Shown here: piece by piece, positions 19,100 to 28,795 of the stretch
Position numbering within the stretch: the stretch's first letter is position 1
Layout: each line of letters starts with the position of its first letter
From: a virus
IMG/VR virus record: IMGVR_UViG_3300050120_000255
Location: 1-64,000 of that record
DNA length: 64,000 nucleotides
Reading direction: 5' to 3' (one strand)
Translations under genes and position numbers: made by a program
Notes under the pieces: generated by a model
Database searches by the model: none
The model's input: only the letters and a program-made list of their open reading frames with translations
What the model was told of the DNA's origin: nothing

Positions 19100-19428
19100 T
19101 ACAGCGGGTTCGGGATGCCGCCGAGCTTCGTGCAATCGGCCGCGGAAGCTGCGTAGACGTGACCGGCAAGAACTTGAATGGCCACATCGCCGGAGGCTTG
19201 ATCGTCGACGTAGGCGGCTACGTTGGCGGTGTCGCAAGCGACGGTCATTCCCAGCTTCTCGGCATCTTGAATGAGCTTCGCAAGAGCCGCCGAATTCAGA
19301 CCACTGATGACAGTGGTCAGACCGGCGTCGATGCCCGTGACAACCGAGTCGAACGAACAGGCGCCGAGACCAATGGCCAGGGCACACGCGCAGGTGAGAG
19401 CGGTAAATTTCTTGAGGTCAAAACGCAT
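19099..19428 (-). CDS. lipoprotein (spanin-like candidate)
   Basis: signal peptide with lipobox LGAC. Confidence 0.7.
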   Translation of the reverse strand: MRFDLKKFTALTCACALAIGLGACSFDSVVTGIDAGLTTVISGLNSAALAKLIQDAEKLGMTVACDTANVAAYVDDQASGDVAIQVLAGHVYAASAADCTKLGGIPNPL

Positions 19429-19437
19429 TTTTGTCTC

Positions 19438-19980
19438 CTATTTGATTGGTGTTGAAATATTTTCAGAACGGAAAAGGAGGTCCCATACGCCAGTCGTGAC
19501 GCCGTAGTTGACCGTATGAAATCGATGGTGCGCGACGTGCCGCAATTTGGCGCCGTAGAGCGGATTTCCTTTGCGAATATCGGCGTAGTGGAAGGCCGTA
19601 TGCTCGAAGGAGTAGAGGACGTAGCCGACGGAAAACCCGAGTGCGAAAGCACTGCTTCGGGGGCCAAACAAAATCCACATGGCGGCGTATATGGCCACGG
19701 TCACTAGAGGATGAACCGCGATGTATTCTTTCTGATTGCGATGGTGCAGCCAGTGAACAGCGCGGAAGACTTGTAACTCGTGCAGAACCCAACGGTGGGT
19801 TGCGTATTCGTAGAAAGTCCAGGCGAGCAGGCCGAGGACGAATCCAGGCAACCACAAGGGTCCGAAGCTGTGAAGCAGCGAATACCCCATCAACGCCAGC
19901 GTTAGTGGCGGCGTGATGAAGAAGTCCGCGAAATACTCGCGCTTCGTCAGTTGGAACACCTTGAGGAGGATCGCGGCCAT
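19438..19980 (-). CDS. fatty-acid hydroxylase / sterol-desaturase superfamily membrane di-iron enzyme
   Basis: His boxes EYATHRWVLH, HWLHH, EHTAFH, HVAHH, plus NYGVTT..WD.LF and TM helices. Confidence 0.85.
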   Translation of the reverse strand: MAAILLKVFQLTKREYFADFFITPPLTLALMGYSLLHSFGPLWLPGFVLGLLAWTFYEYATHRWVLHELQVFRAVHWLHHRNQKEYIAVHPLVTVAIYAAMWILFGPRSSAFALGFSVGYVLYSFEHTAFHYADIRKGNPLYGAKLRHVAHHRFHTVNYGVTTGVWDLLFRSENISTPIK

Positions 19981-19985
19981 TGCGC

Positions 19986-20123
19986 TTAGCAGTCGCCCGT
20001 TTGCTGACAGGAATGTGTGGCGCCCTCGATCACGACGTCGGCAAGATTAAGGATGCCCGACCTACAGCCGGCCATGCTGAGACCAAGGCCGATTATGAGG
20101 ATCGCGATTGCGATTTTCTTCAT
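19986..20123 (-). CDS. small lipoprotein
   Basis: MKKIAIAILIIGLGLSMAGC lipobox. Confidence 0.65.
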   Translation of the reverse strand: MKKIAIAILIIGLGLSMAGCRSGILNLADVVIEGATHSCQQTGDC

Positions 20124-20596
20124 CACAGCCCAAAGATTCCCTTCTGCGTGAAGTTGCCGTTCGCATCGAGTTGATGGGACGGATCGGTCGCCCAGGATTC
20201 GGAGATGAGGCCTCCCTTTCCGTCCGGCTTGAGCGTCGATACCCAAGTGACAAGTGTCGGGAGGACCACGGCCAAAACATCGCTGACCACTACAACCGCT
20301 TCCTCGGCGGCCGCGGCCGGCGGGTAGACGACGGCGATGGCTTTGAGGAGGCTCTCGATGATTGGAGCCCCGGCGGCGAGTTCAGCCTGAAGGTCCTTCG
20401 ATTTCCATGCGGCTTCGAGCGCCGCGAAGTCCGAACTGATAGGCTTCAACGCGGTGACGACGTTGGTCACATCCGCGACGGTGGTCTTAACCACAGCCGG
20501 AATGGCGGCGGCTTCAGTCTCGACGGCCGAAACTGTTGCCGCGATGGTCGTGGCCGCAGGCTTGAGCCACCCGATGATTGAGCCGAGCCAGCTCAT
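20123..20596 (-). CDS. amphipathic membrane-associated protein
   Basis: MSWLGSIIGWLK..., Ala/Val-rich, coupled to holin. Confidence 0.6.
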   Translation of the reverse strand: MSWLGSIIGWLKPAATTIAATVSAVETEAAAIPAVVKTTVADVTNVVTALKPISSDFAALEAAWKSKDLQAELAAGAPIIESLLKAIAVVYPPAAAAEEAVVVVSDVLAVVLPTLVTWVSTLKPDGKGGLISESWATDPSHQLDANGNFTQKGIFGL

Positions 20597-20817
20597 TTGC
20601 CAACGTTCGGAAGAGCAGCCGTGCCGGTCTTGTCGCCATCTTTGGCGAGGAGCCCGACGATGCCAAACAGGATGAACCCGAGGTCGACGTGCCAATTCGG
20701 AGAGAGCTGGCGGTTCACCGCATAAGCCAGCAAATCCGCAACACCCGCAAGAATGCCGGTGCCGCCGAAGAGCGACGTCTGCGAGTTGCGTTTGATGTTA
20801 TCCCATACGTTGGTCAT
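20593..20817 (-). CDS. putative holin
   Basis: two TM segments then GLLAKD; follows endolysin. Confidence 0.65.
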   Translation of the reverse strand: MTNVWDNIKRNSQTSLFGGTGILAGVADLLAYAVNRQLSPNWHVDLGFILFGIVGLLAKDGDKTGTAALPNVGK

Positions 20818-20818
20818 T

Positions 20819-21019
20819 TCAGATCCGTTTCTCGAAAATTTCTGCAAGAATAAAAGGGGCGAAAACCAAAACAGCGGAGACGATCGTGCAAACGACAACG
20901 GCAATACCGAAGCCCGTTCCAACGCGCCCTCGGGGAAGTGCGCCGGCTAAAAGAAAGCAGCCCATTCCGATGACGCCGATGAGCAGCGCGCCCGCTATTG
21001 GCCCGGGGTAGATGCTCAA
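20819..21019 (-). CDS. two-TM membrane protein (holin/antiholin candidate)
   Basis: TTG start overlapping endolysin stop; highly hydrophobic. Confidence 0.5.
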   Translation of the reverse strand: MSIYPGPIAGALLIGVIGMGCFLLAGALPRGRVGTGFGIAVVVCTIVSAVLVFAPFILAEIFEKRI

Positions 21020-21522
21020 CTTACCCTCGCGTATTGAAAGTGCATTCCATCCGGTCGCCCGTGCCAACGGCCGCCCCAAGTCCAACCCTCGGCTTCGAAG
21101 GTCTTCACGACGATCGAGTCTTCAGTGAAGCTGTGCTCATGGCCACCCGGCGCGGCGCCGAGTGGATTTTCAGGGGCATCGAAATCAACGGCGAGGCCGT
21201 AGGCGTGCATCGACACAGTCTTCATGCCACGCATCGAACGAACGACCCACGAACCGGAGAAGAGATCGGCGTGTGTCGCCCTGAGCTTTCCGAGATCTTG
21301 GTCGCAGGCCTTCCAGATACTCTTCAGGACGCGATCAAATGAATCAGCGCAAACCTTGTTGAGCGAGATCGACTTGATCGGGATCTCGCCCATAAACATC
21401 GGAAAAGGCGGCGGAATGCGCATGATATTGCGCACGGCAAACCCGGCCGAAGTCGGGTTGCCGAACAGCTCCGCGCAATCACGCTGCAAAGGGGTCTTTG
21501 CCGATGGGATTGAAGCTGACAA
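21016..21522 (-). CDS. M15-family peptidase endolysin
   Basis: SMHAYGLAVD, WGGRW, DGMHFQ. Confidence 0.9.
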   Translation of the reverse strand: MSASIPSAKTPLQRDCAELFGNPTSAGFAVRNIMRIPPPFPMFMGEIPIKSISLNKVCADSFDRVLKSIWKACDQDLGKLRATHADLFSGSWVVRSMRGMKTVSMHAYGLAVDFDAPENPLGAAPGGHEHSFTEDSIVVKTFEAEGWTWGGRWHGRPDGMHFQYARVS

Positions 21523-21582
21523 CGCCGCGCCTTCTATTCGATTAATTCAACGGTCTATCCATACATCGAATAGATAGGAGCG

Positions 21583-22197
21583 TCAAGAAGGCGGAATCCC
21601 TCCCCACGGGGGAAGCGGATCGCTGACCTTGCCGAAGGTGATGGACCGGCAGGTTTGCGGCAGCCAAGTGCCAGAGAACCAATCGAAGCCGACGAAGCCG
21701 AGCCCGAGCACCATGTAATAGCGAACGGGATTGCTAAAGTCGGCCTTCCCGATCGCGCTCCACGATTGGAGGTTCAGAATCCGCAGAGCCGGCGTCGTTC
21801 CCCTGCCCGGCAGGTCCAAGTCGACAATCGCATCGAAATAGAGGAGCTGATTGCCCGTGCTCCATACGGTCTGGATCAGAGATTCTATCTCGCAGGGCGC
21901 GGAGATCACGTCTCCGAGGCTCTGCGAAGTGCTGCCCCATTGAATCTCCTTTCCTGGAGTCATCCGTGTCACCCTCCCGTCTGGATAGACGTCAGCGACC
22001 TCGAGAATCCCCTGGCTCGTGAAGGCATACAGCCATGAGTCGTTCAAAACTCGATCGGCGCCCATAAATTCATCCATACGGACGACGCCGGGATAGGTTG
22101 GATCGAGCCAATATTTCAACGTGCGGTCCCCGACGACGTTGAATTGCGCGTCGCCGGGAGCCGGGCTGGGCCAATAATCTTGGGTGTTGAAAGTCAT
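21583..22197 (-). CDS. hypothetical protein
   Basis: ATG overlapping upstream RlpA stop; 204 aa. Confidence 0.65.
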   Translation of the reverse strand: MTFNTQDYWPSPAPGDAQFNVVGDRTLKYWLDPTYPGVVRMDEFMGADRVLNDSWLYAFTSQGILEVADVYPDGRVTRMTPGKEIQWGSTSQSLGDVISAPCEIESLIQTVWSTGNQLLYFDAIVDLDLPGRGTTPALRILNLQSWSAIGKADFSNPVRYYMVLGLGFVGFDWFSGTWLPQTCRSITFGKVSDPLPPWGGIPPS

Positions 22198-22547
22198 CAA
22201 TCTATCCTCGTGATGTGAACGGTCGCGACGCCATCTTTGATCATGCCAATGCGTTCCGCCGCGCCGCGGCTCAGGTCCGCGCATCGACTGGTCCACCTGG
22301 CCGGGCCCCAATCGTTGTGAACCACGTCGACGACGCGGCCCCTTAATGAGACCCGGTAGTGATGCCCGAAATCGTAAGAGCGCAGAGCGACCGAGAACCG
22401 ACTTGGATTGAACCGCCGGCCGTCGGCGGTATGTGTGCCACTCTCCCTTCCGTAAAATGACGCCCTGCAGGTTTCGGCGCGAACATTGATGACCTGGGCA
22501 ATTAATAGGGCCGCGCAAATAGATAAAAAAATCCAAAACTTTGTCAG
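22197..22547 (-). CDS. RlpA-like (DPBB) lytic transglycosylase with signal peptide, CTG start
   Basis: hand translation TKFWIFLSICAALLIAQVINVRA-ETCRASFYG...TADGRRFNP...NDWGP...CADLSRGAAERIGMIKDGVATV; AGGAGG 7 nt before CTG. Confidence 0.85.
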   Translation of the reverse strand: MTKFWIFLSICAALLIAQVINVRAETCRASFYGRESGTHTADGRRFNPSRFSVALRSYDFGHHYRVSLRGRVVDVVHNDWGPARWTSRCADLSRGAAERIGMIKDGVATVHITRID

Positions 22548-22604
22548 GGCCTTTCCTCCTATTCGATCATGTAATAGATTGAAGTCACTAATATGAGATG
22601 CTCG

Positions 22605-23729
22605 TTAGGGTAGATTGCCGGTCCAATCGCAATTCCAAACCGTGATGTTCGTCATTCGGGTTTCCGAGCCAAATCGACCACTAATAGCCGCGCTGGTAGC
22701 TCGGTTTCCGGTGACTAAAGACGTGAGCGCGAAGGCCCCGCCGCCGCTGTTCTGGAATCCGCCCGAGCCACTTCCGCCCTCAACGACGCTCAGAACATTC
22801 ACGGAAAAAGTTTGAATCTGATCAGCCTGAGTCGTATAAAAAACGCGCCCAGGGTCGACGCTTGCTCCACTGCCCCAATTGCGATCAACATATCCTCGAG
22901 AGTCCGGGACGTTGAAAGTGGTCACGCCGTCCCCAATTCCCCAATTCGTGCCGTAGGCGGCAAAGAGCGCGGGGTTCGCCGTCCGCGAGATTGCCGCGCC
23001 ATCCTCCGGCACTGATCCTAACGGGCACGTCGGGATACGCATGTGGATGACTTCGCCGGCAAAGTGAATCGACGGCAACGTTGTAGTCAGCAGCGGTGAG
23101 CCATCCGCGCGGGTATAGTCGGCCAGGCGCCAAACCCCACCGCCGGTATAAAGCGCGATCGCCTGATCTCCGGCTTTCGTCGTGATACTCGCCGAGGTCG
23201 GCAGCAATATCGTCGATATACCGTAGGTAATCGTGGTTACGCCAGAGAAATTCAAAAACTTCGCCTGTCCGATGCCGCAACTCGATCCGAATGACGTGAT
23301 CGGCGTCGTTCCGGAAATCGAGATCGACGATTGCGGAATGCTGCAAAGATCATCCGTTGCAGCGGAAGCCATGGTCGCGATCCCGCCGCCAATGTTCGGC
23401 ATCCAAACATGGTTGGTGGAATCGATCGCGCCCATGCCGAGCGCAACAGTCCCATCCTGAACACGCCAAATAGGAAACGCGCCTCTGGTGTCTAACCAGA
23501 CCTGCCCAGCAGGAGCCGCGCCGCAGCCATTTGCCGGGACAGTGCCGCCGCTATTGGAGGACAGAAGAGCCGCAAGAGCTGCGTTTATATTAGTCGTGTA
23601 ATCGACGCCGTCGATGACCCCCGTAAGAGGCAAGCAGGCGCTTCCTTGAGAGGCCTTTAAATCATTTGCTCCAAATAGCGCGAGCGTCATGATTAAACCC
23701 GCGAAAATATACCGTAACTTCGAAAACAT
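22605..23729 (-). CDS. tail fibre with tail-collar domain
   Basis: GEV...DGAAISRTANPALFAAYGTNWGIGDGVTTFNVPDSRG. Confidence 0.85.
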   Translation of the reverse strand: MFSKLRYIFAGLIMTLALFGANDLKASQGSACLPLTGVIDGVDYTTNINAALAALLSSNSGGTVPANGCGAAPAGQVWLDTRGAFPIWRVQDGTVALGMGAIDSTNHVWMPNIGGGIATMASAATDDLCSIPQSSISISGTTPITSFGSSCGIGQAKFLNFSGVTTITYGISTILLPTSASITTKAGDQAIALYTGGGVWRLADYTRADGSPLLTTTLPSIHFAGEVIHMRIPTCPLGSVPEDGAAISRTANPALFAAYGTNWGIGDGVTTFNVPDSRGYVDRNWGSGASVDPGRVFYTTQADQIQTFSVNVLSVVEGGSGSGGFQNSGGGAFALTSLVTGNRATSAAISGRFGSETRMTNITVWNCDWTGNLP

Positions 23730-23732
23730 ATT

Positions 23733-26700
23733 TCAATATCCTTCCACATCAATATTAAGTCCCGTGCGCGCCACCCCAACGCCTCCGTTGAGCACTTGCA
23801 CCTTGACGGATGACAGCGATAGCGCGCTGATCTGAAGCACGTCGCCAGCTTGGTTATTGAAGCTGACGTTGACGTAAGGCAGCGCCGCCGCGTTCGGGCC
23901 GCCGTTGAACGCGCCGGGGACTGATCCGCCGTCCGGTATGAACGTGATCGTCGTCCCTGCCGCTGCGACGCTGATATTTTGGTAATGATCAATCCGCGCC
24001 GGCACCGCGGCTTGAAAGCTGAAATTCACAAGAACCGGAATAACGTTGGTGTTGCTCGAGCTAAATCGAACCCTGAAATTCGCATACTGGCCTTGATAAT
24101 TGCCGGGAATGAATTTTTGCCACGGTGCCCATGTAATCCCTCCCGCTCCGTCGGAGATGCCAATCTGAACTTCAATAGAGCACAAGACGTATTGGATATT
24201 CTTCGCGCCGAAAACGTCAGTTTGCGCGAGAAAATCCGCAATACTGAGAATGTTGTCGTTAGCCCCGATTCCTGTCGCTAGCCAGGTTGCGTTGAGCGCG
24301 AGTACGCCAAAATATCCGAGGTTGACGATCTGACTAAGGGGAATCGTGTATAGGGCTTCCGCCAGAGGCCCCGCAGTCGCCGCGTCAAGCGCGAGGAATT
24401 GGTTCGGCGAAGCTCCGTCGACGACAATATTGCTTTTTGTGCCGGGCCATCCTTCTGCCTGCTGATCGCGTATGACGAGAGAATTGGCGATGAGCATATT
24501 GCCGGCAACAGACACGGGGGCTGACGGCAGACTCGTCGCGGTCAGACCAACGGCTGGCGAGCAATAAGCAGTCACATAGTAGGTTCCGGCGCCGAGCAGC
24601 AAGAACGGAGGGTGTGCGAGATCGCCGACCGTCTGCGCTCCTCCTGGTGAGGTTCCGCTCGTGACAAAATAGCGGATGTTCGGTCGAAAATCTGTCACTT
24701 CGTCCCACCACAATTCTTCGAATCCCGCAGAAAACACGGTACGAAGATTTTGAGGCGTCGCGATCTGGGAGAGCAGCGGCGATCCGGTGATCTTGTAGTT
24801 GTACGCCGGCACGCTGCTCAGTTCTTGACCGCCGCCGCCCCAGAGGTTGAACGAGATGAATTTCATGTAAACCGTAGAGCCGATATCAGTCGTCTTGTAC
24901 GGGGTCTTGAAGAGCGACACGTCGGCGCGCGTGAAAGGAACGCCCGCCGGATGAGCACCGATCGGAGATCCGTAGGCGCCACGCAATAGCGTCGTCAAAT
25001 TGTATTTGTTGGCCGCCGTGAGGGTCGCCGTCTGAAACGCGATAAACTCTCCATCCAGGTAGCAGATGGTGTCCGCCGCAACCAACGCTGCAGACGACAC
25101 AGAGACTAAGCCTCCTAAGCTTTCCGTCAGGTCGACGCCAAGCGTGCTGGTGCCGTCGATGGTCTGCCCCGTGTCGCTTTCAGTAACAGATGGAAGCGCG
25201 CTGGTTGTGGCGCCCATTCGGGCAACGCCGTTAATCGTTCCGGCGAGGGCGTACGTGATGTCGTCGGAAGAAATCCAAACGTCGCACCCTCCCCAAACGG
25301 TGATGTTCACGCCCGAGACCGCCGCCCACACCTCTAGCCCATTGGCGAGCGTATAGGGCGGTTCAAAGAATATCGGGGGGTTGACCAGGCCCGGATCAGC
25401 ATTCGTGTTCGGCGGGGGCGCCATCGCAGCCTGCGCACCATAGTTCGGCGCACCCAGCGTTCCGAACACTTCATCCGCGATAAAGCTGAGCGACCCATCC
25501 TGATTTTCGGTGATTTCAGTGATGCGCACCGCTTGGCGGAACATTCCCAATTGGGGATCGGTCAGCGTGACGATATCCATCGGGTCAAGCAGGACCGCCC
25601 AGGCGCCAAGGGTAAAGCCGTAGGTGCAAGCAATCTGCGCGCGATGAAGCTGCAAGCCAAGAGACTGCGCCGCCGCCGACTGGATGCAGAACATATCGAG
25701 CTGCTGCATGTCACTCGGACGGAAGACATTATAGGCGGCGATCGACCCCTCATCCCGGATCTCGACCGGCACAGACGCGTAGTATAGCCCGCGCTCCTGG
25801 TATGACCCGACCATCGAATTGATCATTTGCGAACGCGGCTTGCGGCTGATTGAAATAGGGGACTTACCCGCTGAATCGCCGGTGGATAGCGAACTTTGAT
25901 CGGGCATTAGATCATCGTCCGTCAGATCATAAATCGGACTCAAAGAAACGACATGCGTTCCAAAGGCCGAAGTAACCGTTTGATCGGTGTACGGCACCAA
26001 TTTTAGAACGCCAGAAGACCAAACGAACTCACTATTTGAGGCATGAGTTATTTTAATCAAAAATTGCTGCGCAGATGTTTGCGCAGTCAATGACACTGAC
26101 ATGAAAAGTCCAAGCGCCCGGCAATACATCCGGTAGTCGCTCAGATCTCCCAAGATATTGATTGGGAAAAGCGGCACGCCATATTCAACATTCGTCAGGA
26201 AATCGAATATGATGTCCGCAGGGTTCGCGTCGACGATGCCGGCGAAGCCGCCGCTTATCGGCGAGACTATCTCCGCGCTGATGTTGGTCAGCGATGACGA
26301 CTGTCCGAGATTGAGGTTCGATATGTTTATTGTGGCGTTGTTTCGATAGTTGAGCGACTGGCCCGGCTCCACGGAGTCCATATATCCCCATGTCCCCTGG
26401 ACACTCGAGCCATTGAAGCTGGTGATCGAACCCGGAATCATCCCGTTGCTGAAATAGTACGGGAAGAACTGCTGATACTGCCCGTAATAGATGCTCGGGA
26501 TGCTGTTTATGGGCCCTTCGCAGAACGAAAAGATGACCGAAACGTAATAGGTAAAGGTGCTTCCCTGGCCGCCCTTTCCGCCGCCGCCCCCACCACCACC
26601 TTTTCCTCCGCCCGATCCGCCGCTATTGCTGGTCGTGTAGTGAAAAAATCCATACCAGATGACGTTGCCCGAAACGCGCTGTTGCCCGTAGACGATCGGC

Positions 26701-26795
26701 ACCGGACGAGTCATCAGCGACGTCGTGAAGGACGTCAGCGAATAATCTGGACCCAGTTGCGTTACTTTGCTGCTTTTGGTTAGCCAATTTCCCAT
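23733..26795 (-). CDS. central tail/host-specificity protein (GTA gp15/J-like)
   Basis: PIVYGQQRVSGNVIW, ANPADII.D.LTN, LLRGAYGS..AH..G. Confidence 0.85.
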   Translation of the reverse strand: MGNWLTKSSKVTQLGPDYSLTSFTTSLMTRPVPIVYGQQRVSGNVIWYGFFHYTTSNSGGSGGGKGGGGGGGGKGGQGSTFTYYVSVIFSFCEGPINSIPSIYYGQYQQFFPYYFSNGMIPGSITSFNGSSVQGTWGYMDSVEPGQSLNYRNNATINISNLNLGQSSSLTNISAEIVSPISGGFAGIVDANPADIIFDFLTNVEYGVPLFPINILGDLSDYRMYCRALGLFMSVSLTAQTSAQQFLIKITHASNSEFVWSSGVLKLVPYTDQTVTSAFGTHVVSLSPIYDLTDDDLMPDQSSLSTGDSAGKSPISISRKPRSQMINSMVGSYQERGLYYASVPVEIRDEGSIAAYNVFRPSDMQQLDMFCIQSAAAQSLGLQLHRAQIACTYGFTLGAWAVLLDPMDIVTLTDPQLGMFRQAVRITEITENQDGSLSFIADEVFGTLGAPNYGAQAAMAPPPNTNADPGLVNPPIFFEPPYTLANGLEVWAAVSGVNITVWGGCDVWISSDDITYALAGTINGVARMGATTSALPSVTESDTGQTIDGTSTLGVDLTESLGGLVSVSSAALVAADTICYLDGEFIAFQTATLTAANKYNLTTLLRGAYGSPIGAHPAGVPFTRADVSLFKTPYKTTDIGSTVYMKFISFNLWGGGGQELSSVPAYNYKITGSPLLSQIATPQNLRTVFSAGFEELWWDEVTDFRPNIRYFVTSGTSPGGAQTVGDLAHPPFLLLGAGTYYVTAYCSPAVGLTATSLPSAPVSVAGNMLIANSLVIRDQQAEGWPGTKSNIVVDGASPNQFLALDAATAGPLAEALYTIPLSQIVNLGYFGVLALNATWLATGIGANDNILSIADFLAQTDVFGAKNIQYVLCSIEVQIGISDGAGGITWAPWQKFIPGNYQGQYANFRVRFSSSNTNVIPVLVNFSFQAAVPARIDHYQNISVAAAGTTITFIPDGGSVPGAFNGGPNAAALPYVNVSFNNQAGDVLQISALSLSSVKVQVLNGGVGVARTGLNIDVEGY

Positions 26796-26796
26796 T

Positions 26797-27255
26797 TTAA
26801 TGCGACTTGATGACTGAGAAAAATTTAGCGGGGGTGTTGTAAAGTTCGCCGTCTCTTCCGCCGCTGCGGATCACCGATCCAGCGCTTTTGTAGGCATGCA
26901 CGATTTCAGAACTCCATTTCACAATGAACGCGCCGTGCGCATAGCAGCGGCCTATTTTGTAGAGCACTATGTCGCCGGCTAAAGCTTCCGACTCAGCGAT
27001 CTCTCGGCCGCGCCTGAGAACGTAGCCCATGAATTTTTCTTCACTCCGATGAAGAAACCACTGAGGAGAGTAAGGCTCGATTTCGAGCGGCTCGATCGCA
27101 CCCGCCTCTGACAGGACACAATTCAAAAGATTGGCGCAATCGACGCCAACGCCTTTGAGGGCAGCTCCGTCATGGAAAGGCGTCGATATCCAAGAGCGCG
27201 CCGTCGCGACGATGTGCTCTCTCAATTGTATCTCTGTCATACCGTCGTCCATCAC
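26797..27255 (-). CDS. NlpC/P60 tail-tip peptidase
   Basis: ARSWISTPFH...GVDC...GDIVLY...AH...VHA. Confidence 0.9.
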   Translation of the reverse strand: MMDDGMTEIQLREHIVATARSWISTPFHDGAALKGVGVDCANLLNCVLSEAGAIEPLEIEPYSPQWFLHRSEEKFMGYVLRRGREIAESEALAGDIVLYKIGRCYAHGAFIVKWSSEIVHAYKSAGSVIRSGGRDGELYNTPAKFFSVIKSH

Positions 27256-28193
27256 ATGACCTGCTCCGGCGGAGGAATGAAAGGAAAGCCTCCGAAATTT
27301 TCTTTGTTGTTGACGGCTTCACAAGTCGCCAAAGTCTTGTTGCAACCGGGGAATATTGTGAAGGTGTCTCCTGCTGAGACCGCATAATTGAACGGGTTTA
27401 TTAGCGCGAGAGTTTTGGCTCCGTCCCAATTGGAAATGGTTCGCTGCAACCCCTCATTTTTACCGCTCGTCATGAGGATGCGTCCAAGGGTGTAAGTCCC
27501 GAAGCCCGTTGGCGCCGAGAGTGTGGCAAGGATGGATATCTGCGTCGAACCGGCAAGCACAGATCCATTTTTCGCAAAGGCCGCTGCGCTGAGCGTGCAT
27601 CCCGTGTCAAACAATGTGTGTCGGCACGCAGGCTGATAATAGTTGCGCGGCATGTTGATCGATAGGAGTTGCCTCAAGTCGCCTACGTCGCAAAACACTT
27701 CGCTGGTTGAGACGGAGACGTCCATAAGCAGACCGGAGAAAATGGTTATGGCCCCGATGGGGACGGCGCCCGCCGGAGGGATCGGATATGTCGGGCCCGG
27801 TGCGCTAAAGAAAGCCCGCTGCACCGTGACGGCCGATCCATCGAGCGCGCCAGCCCGCGCGGCGGCGAGCCATGGAGTGTTCCCGATCAGGTCCGGGAAG
27901 GTCGCTCCCGTTATGTCGTCTTGCGCCCTGGGAAACACCGAAAACGACCAACGATCGACGTCAAGGCCGATCTTCCAATGTCCCAGCGCTCTTTGCCCAT
28001 TTGTGTCAAATCGCGGACCTTTGCTGACGAAGGTCACGCCGGTAAGAAAAATGTCAAAATCCGAAGTCGTGTAATAGAGGTTCGATCCGCCCGCGAGGGC
28101 GAAGGTGTAAAGCTCCCAAAAACAGGCGGACCCCCCGATATTCGAGCGGAACGTGTTCATGAGATCGATGAGACTTGATGAAGCTGGTTTCAT
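27252..28193 (-). CDS. DUF2163/BR0599 tail hub protein
   Basis: CRHTLFDTGC and PGCNKT..TC....N..NFGGFPFIP. Confidence 0.9.
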   Translation of the reverse strand: MKPASSSLIDLMNTFRSNIGGSACFWELYTFALAGGSNLYYTTSDFDIFLTGVTFVSKGPRFDTNGQRALGHWKIGLDVDRWSFSVFPRAQDDITGATFPDLIGNTPWLAAARAGALDGSAVTVQRAFFSAPGPTYPIPPAGAVPIGAITIFSGLLMDVSVSTSEVFCDVGDLRQLLSINMPRNYYQPACRHTLFDTGCTLSAAAFAKNGSVLAGSTQISILATLSAPTGFGTYTLGRILMTSGKNEGLQRTISNWDGAKTLALINPFNYAVSAGDTFTIFPGCNKTLATCEAVNNKENFGGFPFIPPPEQVM

Positions 28194-28792
28194 AAAATGA
28201 CGCTCGTAAATGAGATTTTCTTTGCTTCCCAAAGGCCGACCATGAAGTTGCTGAAGTCCACTTTGTCGTCATCAAAGCGGCAGAGCCAATTGAACGATCC
28301 GGTCCAAGTCAGCGCCGCTCCGTGCGCGGGCGCGACCATGAACACGACCGCGCCGGAAACGCTGATCACGTAGTCCGTTCCCAGCGCCATAGCGGTCCCG
28401 TTGACAAAGATCGTCGGGGAACCGGTCGGGAGATAAACAGGCTCGACGAAGCCGCCAATCGCTCGCAAGATCTGAAAGGTGAGAGACACGCCGTCGCCAG
28501 TCCCGAATAGTTGCGTCGTGGCGCTGTTGTCCTCTGAATCCGTGTATCCAAAGGTGTAGGCGCGGCCGAGCACAGAAGCGTAGAATCCCGCCAGAGTCTG
28601 CATTTCAAGAAACGCCGCCGACGAGCGAAGCATCTCAAAATCAATCGTCCACTGCCATTTCGGAGTGATGCGCTTTGGATACGTGGTTTGCTTTCCGTTG
28701 ATGGATTCGTGGACCACTGTGTCAAAGGTTGGCCCCGAACGCCCGATCGGAAATGTCAGCCCAGGGAACGACGGAAATGTCTGCACTGCCAT
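28190..28792 (-). CDS. DUF2460 distal tail protein
   Basis: GTGDG...FQI, G.F...CRFDDD. Confidence 0.85.
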   Translation of the reverse strand: MAVQTFPSFPGLTFPIGRSGPTFDTVVHESINGKQTTYPKRITPKWQWTIDFEMLRSSAAFLEMQTLAGFYASVLGRAYTFGYTDSEDNSATTQLFGTGDGVSLTFQILRAIGGFVEPVYLPTGSPTIFVNGTAMALGTDYVISVSGAVVFMVAPAHGAALTWTGSFNWLCRFDDDKVDFSNFMVGLWEAKKISFTSVIL

Positions 28793-28795
28793 TGA

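Noticed and set aside
21583-22536. 317-aa ORF as a single gene
   Set aside because: Its first ~113 codons are an out-of-frame overlap of the RlpA gene; the real start is ATG 22197.
23733-28792. gene transfer agent cluster
   Set aside because: GTA-like tail genes are embedded in a full prophage with att site, early genes and nucleotide metabolism.
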